From Chloroflexota bacterium (GTDB lineage Bacteria; Chloroflexota; Dehalococcoidia; UBA2247; RBG-13-53-26): a DNA stretch of 61,349 nucleotides. Below the pieces are notes generated by a model. That model was not told the DNA's origin. It did not search any database and saw only the letters and a list, made by a program, of their open reading frames with translations. The translations under genes were made by a program, and so were the position numbers. Of this stretch, positions 60,058-61,349 are shown one piece after another. The stretch spans positions 1-61,349 of the forward strand of contig JAPLHP010000075.1 in NCBI GenBank assembly GCA_026389585.1. The letters run 5' to 3'. How positions within the stretch are numbered: position 1 is the first letter of the stretch; every line of letters starts with the position of its first letter.

Positions 60058-60296
60058 GTCTGTCCCTACTGGGCTTTAGATACCAAGTCCGAAGCAATCC
60101 CCTCTCCCTTTGATGGGAGAGGGCTGGGGTGAGGGTGATGTTTTCCCCTCCCTCTACCTCCCTCCCGCCAGGGGAGGGAGAACGGGTGGATTCCCGCTCC
60201 CCGTTTGCACGAGGACAAGCTTCGCGGTAATGACATGACGCGGCGTGCATGGTCGCTCCAGAAGAGCGAGTCTTGAGACAGCCTCAGGGATGACAT
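60033..60296. repeat. mosaic palindromic repeat cluster overlapping the cimA 3' end
   Basis: Hairpin CAGTAGGGACAGACC-TTTA-GGTCTGTCCCTACTG. Other units are CCCCTCTCCCTTTGATGGGAGAGGGCTGGGGTGAGGGTG and GGATTCCCGCTCCCCGTTTGCACGAGGACAAGCTTCGCGGTAATGAC. Confidence 0.8.
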
Positions 60297-60519
60297 TTGG
60301 CAGGTGTCACAAAATTGTCACAATTGAATTGAGCGCGTAGGGGCGCGAAGCGCCCCCTGCAATCGTGTGGTCATTCCCACGGTCAGGTCGTCCCTCCGCA
60401 GAGGGAGGGCACTCACACAGGGAATACAGAAAGACGGTGGGAGGCCTGCAGCCTGGAAAGCAGCCTGGAAAGCTGTTGTTGTCCAGCGAAAATGTCACCC
60501 TAATTGTTCAGCGAATTTG

Positions 60520-61349
60520 TCACCCCTTGTCATAAAAGGCTTTGTAAGATCTGCGCCATGGATGATGCGGACCTGGCTTGTGTCCCTTACTGCGGAGCAG
60601 GCCTTTGACCATGACGTCAGATGTTGGCCTGTTGGACCGCAGTTGGCCGCTATCGGGTGGTGCCTCCGTAGTAGGCAAGAGCTGTCCCTTGTAGTACACG
60701 GCTAAGGTGCCATCAAACCTCTCATGCACCGTTATCCTGGCTCGAGCGTAGCTGGCTCTGTCTATCCCCGGCTGGATTTGCAGGCGACGGCATTTGAAGC
60801 GCGCCACGTTGTCCGAGCCGACGGTGCGTTGATACTTGAGGCAGAAGACCTCTTCGGGGATAAAGCCTGGTGGGGTTGGCCTATAGGCTGATCCAGGCTG
60901 ACTGGCTGGTACCATGAAGCGGTGGTTGTAGCGCGGCAAGAAGTCTGCCATTACCTGGTTGGCTTGAGCCTTGTTCTGTGCTCCGGCCAATCTGAGTTCC
61001 GATACCAGCCTGTCCTGGAAGGTGCCCCACAGCCTCTCTATCCGCCCTCTGCCCTGCGGTGAGTTCGATGGCATGGAGGTGATGCCCAACTCGCCCAGCA
61101 GGCGGCCAAACTGTGTCGGCTCCCTTTCGCCCAGCAGTTGCTCCTCCAGGGACTCCTTCTGCCTGGGTGCTGTCTCGAATATGCTGTGGCGGTCCCGGTA
61201 AATGGCCAGGGGTATACCATGAGCGGCCACTATGTGTTCCAGCATCCGGAAGTAACCCTGGGTATCCTCTTCGAACCTGAAGAGAGCATAGGGCACCTCA
61301 CCCGTGGCATCATCTATGGCACCTACCAGGGTTAGCTCTGGGCCTCTGC
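60520..61349 (-). mobile_element. DDE (rve-type) transposase gene, 5' end beyond the window (IS481/ISNCY-like)
   Basis: LVGAIDDATGEV..IYRDRHSIFE..SPQGRGRIERLW is a D, D, E catalytic pattern. The ORF is open to the window edge. Confidence 0.8.

Overview
Mostly a housekeeping chromosomal segment of a moderately GC-rich bacterium. Gene content suggests Chloroflexota-like, but that is a low-confidence inference. Recognisable genes include apt, thiE, an Mrp/ApbC Fe-S carrier, zur-znuACB, gap, eno, rsfS, hisD, ricT, cimA, a P-type ATPase, an NRAMP transporter, all three AmmeMemoRadiSam genes and several redox/Fe-S proteins. Three tRNAs are present, all on the minus strand: Phe-GAA, Asn-GTT and Gln-TTG. 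Accessory and unusual content: (1) A ~4 kb islet integrated at tRNA-Phe is bounded by an exact 33-bp direct repeat. It carries a decayed tyrosine recombinase and a divergent pair of genes, a large HEPN-like protein and an FRG-domain protein. This pair is my best candidate for an undescribed conflict/defence module. (2) A promoter-like intergenic repeat family is confined to the first 7.4 kb. (3) Clusters of mosaic palindromic repeats flank an HNH endonuclease gene and cimA. (4) There are toxin-antitoxin loci, one intact higBA and one with a deleted toxin, around tRNA-Asn. (5) pepA has an in-frame TGA and a Gly-to-Trp change at two invariant glycines. (6) Several small genes are missed by the ORF track, including a bS22-like 31-aa peptide and a 48-aa Cys-motif membrane peptide. 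(7) A partial DDE transposase lies at the right edge. No rRNA and no CRISPR array were seen.
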